Shown: positions 61,623 to 64,000 of the stretch, in pieces
Layout of the letters: the number at the start of each line of letters is the position of its first letter
Position numbering within the stretch: the first letter of the stretch is position 1
From: Macrostomum lignano
Taxonomy: Eukaryota
Reading direction: 5' to 3'
Length of the DNA: 64,000 nt
Assembly (NCBI GenBank): GCA_002269645.1
Contig: NIVC01003216.1
Location: forward strand, 1 to 64,000
Notes under the pieces: generated by a model
Database searches by the model: none
Told to the model about the DNA's origin: nothing
What the model saw: only the letters and a program-made list of their open reading frames with translations
Program-made: the position numbers and the translations under genes

Positions 61623-64000
61623 ATGCCAACGGCTAAAAGGAGAAAGAAACAACATGAAGAGGATATGAAACAGGCAGCCAAAAAGTCAAGGAAAATGACT
61701 AACTGGTAAGTACGTAATCTAAATGTATGAAGATATGATACTGTGTTGATATTAAGCTGTACGCTCGTATGCTGCTTGTTAATTGCTGTTTTTTAGGCTT
61801 GTTTCTCCTATTGAAGCTAACTCGAATGCTCCATCTGGCACAGCTGCTGCTACTAAAGCTGACTCGAGAGAGCTTACTGCCCCTGCCGCTGCTGCCAATG
61901 CTGACTCTACTGCCCCTGCCGCTGCTGCCAATGCTGACTCTACTGCCCCTGCCGCCGCTGCCAATGCTGACTCTACTGCCCCTGCCGCTGCTGCCAATGC
62001 TGACTCTACTGCCCCTGCCGCTGCTGCCAATGCTGACTCTACTGCCCCTGCCGCTGCTGCCAATGCTGACTCTACTGCCTCTGCCGCTGCCAATGCTAAC
62101 TCTACTGCCTCTGCCGCTGCCAATGCTAACTCTACTGCCTCTGCCGCTGCCAATGCTGACTCTACTGCCTCTGCCGCTGCCAATGCTAACTCTACTGCCT
62201 CTGCCGCTGCCAATGCTGACTCTACTGCCTCTGCCGCTGCCAATGCTGACTCTACTGCCTCTGCCGCTGCCAATGCTGACTCTAGAGAGCCTACTGCCCC
62301 TGCCGCTGCTGCCAATGCCGATGTTGGTGAGACTGTTGTATCTGCAACAAAAAAATACCATTCTTAGCACTAGCACATCTAATCCATGCGAAATGTTAGA
62401 CTGCGGATGCTGCCAGATTGCATTGCAAAATCGGCCTGATTCCATATCTGGTTTCAAGCAAGGAGGGAGTGGGAGCAGCAATGCAGGTCGATCATGCCAA
62501 CTACAATGGTTTGTGCAGTTTGACTGGCTTACATACTGCTCATCTCAAGGCACCCTTTTTTGTTTTTATTGTCGCTTTGCGGTAAACTCAGGCATGAAGC
62601 TATCAAGAAGTTGTGGAGAGAGTACATTCACCTCTCGCGGCTTTTGTGACTGGAAGAAAGCAATTGAAAAGCTAAAGAAACATAATAACAGTCATTTTCA
62701 CCAAGAAGCCTACGAAAAGGTGTACACTCGACTGAAATTACAATCTACAATAGGAGCACAATTAGATGCTATTCATTCTCAACAGCTATTACAAAATCGG
62801 GAAAATCTGCAGCGGGTTTTTAGCTCGTTGCGATATCTTATGCGTCAAGGAATGGCAATAAGAAATAGTAAGGAGATTGAAGGCAATCTTAGACAGCTGC
62901 TTATTTTAAGGTCTGAAGATGTGCCTGAACTGCAATCTTGGCTAAAGGATTCCAAGTACTTGAGTGTTGATGTGATTGGAGAGATGATGGAAATCATGGC
63001 ACATCAGGTTCTCCGAAGTTTGTTACTTGACATTAGTGAGAAGTCAACGACATTCGCATTGATTGCTGATGAATCACGTGACGTAAGCTGCAAGGAACAA
63101 ATGTCAGTGTGCATTCGGTGGGTTTCAAAACCAGATTTACAAGTGCACGAAGACTTCATTGGCATGCATGAACTATGCGGAACTGGAGCTGAAATTATTA
63201 CTTCAACCTTAAAAGACATTCTAACACGTTGTAACTTGAAGCTTAGCAACCTAAGAGGTCAAGCATATGATGGTGCTGCAAGTATGAGTGGTAGACTGAC
63301 AGGCACGGCAACTCGCATTAAAGAAGAACAACCACTAGCATTGAGTGTTCATTGTGCCAACCACTGTCTGCAGCTGACCCTTCAAAGGTGCGCTCGAGAA
63401 TCAAGTGTCATCAGTACCGCGTTAAGTACTGTACAAGAGACTGCTGTCTTCATCAAAGCCTCTCCAAAGCGCTTTGACCTATTTCATACCTTGAATGAGT
63501 CGTTTTTTATTGAGGAAGAGCAGGGCTACAGTATTCACATGCTCTGCCCAACGCGATGGAGTGTTCGTTGTAAGGCAATTTCGTCTGTATTGCACAGCTA
63601 CAAGCACTTGCTTAACTGCTTGGCCGAAATCGCTGGTGAGTCATCTGGAGAGAATCGATCAAAGGCAGAAGATCTGCAAAAATCCCTTATGAAGTTCTCT
63701 GTTTATTTTGGAATTTGCGCAGCGCGAGTGATTTTTACATTATCAGAGCAGCTGGCTATTACTCTTCAAAGCACTAGTGTCACAGCAGAGTCCACTATCA
63801 CCGGAGTAAACTGCCTCAAAGAGGCACTTTTGCGTGAGCGAAGCATGTTTTCAGAGCGGTTTCAGGAAGTAGTCGAGGGTGCAGAGGCAGTCGGCATTGA
63901 ACAAAAGCTACCAAGAGAACGAAGGGCTCCAATACGACTCGAACATGAAGGCAGTAAAATGCATCCGTTTCAGCATCAATCTAACTCTGTAAAAGAATAC
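61623..64000 (+). CDS. hAT transposase, ZMYM1-like/DUF4371 type (exon 61623-61705, exon 61797 to window end), with one frameshift near 62350
   Basis: MPTAKRRKK (NLS-like); 91-bp GT-AG intron; TTF-type zinc-finger region WLTYC...LFCFYC...WKK...H; FALIADESRDVSCKEQM, GQAYDGAASMSG, HCANHCLQL, LCPTRWS. The frame from ~62342 is open to the end of the window. Confidence 0.88.
61870..62320 (+). repeat. Coding tandem repeat of 33/30-bp units (TAPAAAANADS / TASAAANADS) inside the transposase
   Basis: About 14 visible units in frame with the spliced N-terminus. Confidence 0.92.

Larger units (their letters stand above)
60963..64000 (+). mobile_element. hAT DNA transposon, left end and transposase, truncated by the window
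   Basis: Left TIR-like CAGGGGTGTCGGAACCGGGGGGGCACGG at 60963, followed by the transposase gene. Confidence 0.88.

Noticed and set aside
61783-62367. Stand-alone antifreeze or mucin-like gene
   Set aside because: It lies between a spliced NLS exon and the hAT transposase frame inside a TIR-bounded element.

Overview
Eukaryotic (invertebrate metazoan-like) genomic DNA with spliceosomal introns, SINEs, LINEs, DNA transposons and an LTR retrotransposon; no prokaryotic genes or CRISPR. The species is not identifiable from the sequence alone. The main content is a tandem, partly inverted cluster of two-exon genes encoding secreted [signal peptide]-[PAN/apple-like domain]-[F-type (fucolectin) lectin domain] proteins, always split by a phase-1 intron between the domains. 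Six copies have intact frames (2898-4923 +, 10447-11404 -, 17931-19144 -, 23937-24708 -, 30097-30895 +, 42912-43657 +), two are full-length but disrupted (45614-46974, 48187-50205), and four are degraded remnants. The ligand-binding loops are hypervariable, one intact copy has lost two of the three fucose-binding basic residues, and a ~130-bp framework block is nearly identical between otherwise divergent copies. Interspersed elements: a young intact Gypsy element (50292-55028), three solo LTRs, a truncated LINE with a 13-bp TSD inside a multi-pass membrane-protein exon, RTE fragments, a Crypton-like tyrosine recombinase remnant, an internally deleted P-like element with 312-bp TIRs, a deleted Tc1, several MITEs, tRNA-derived SINEs, 10-, 15- and 21-bp tandem arrays, and a hAT (ZMYM1-like) transposon running off the right end. 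Splice sites and translations were worked out by hand; coordinates of degraded elements are approximate.
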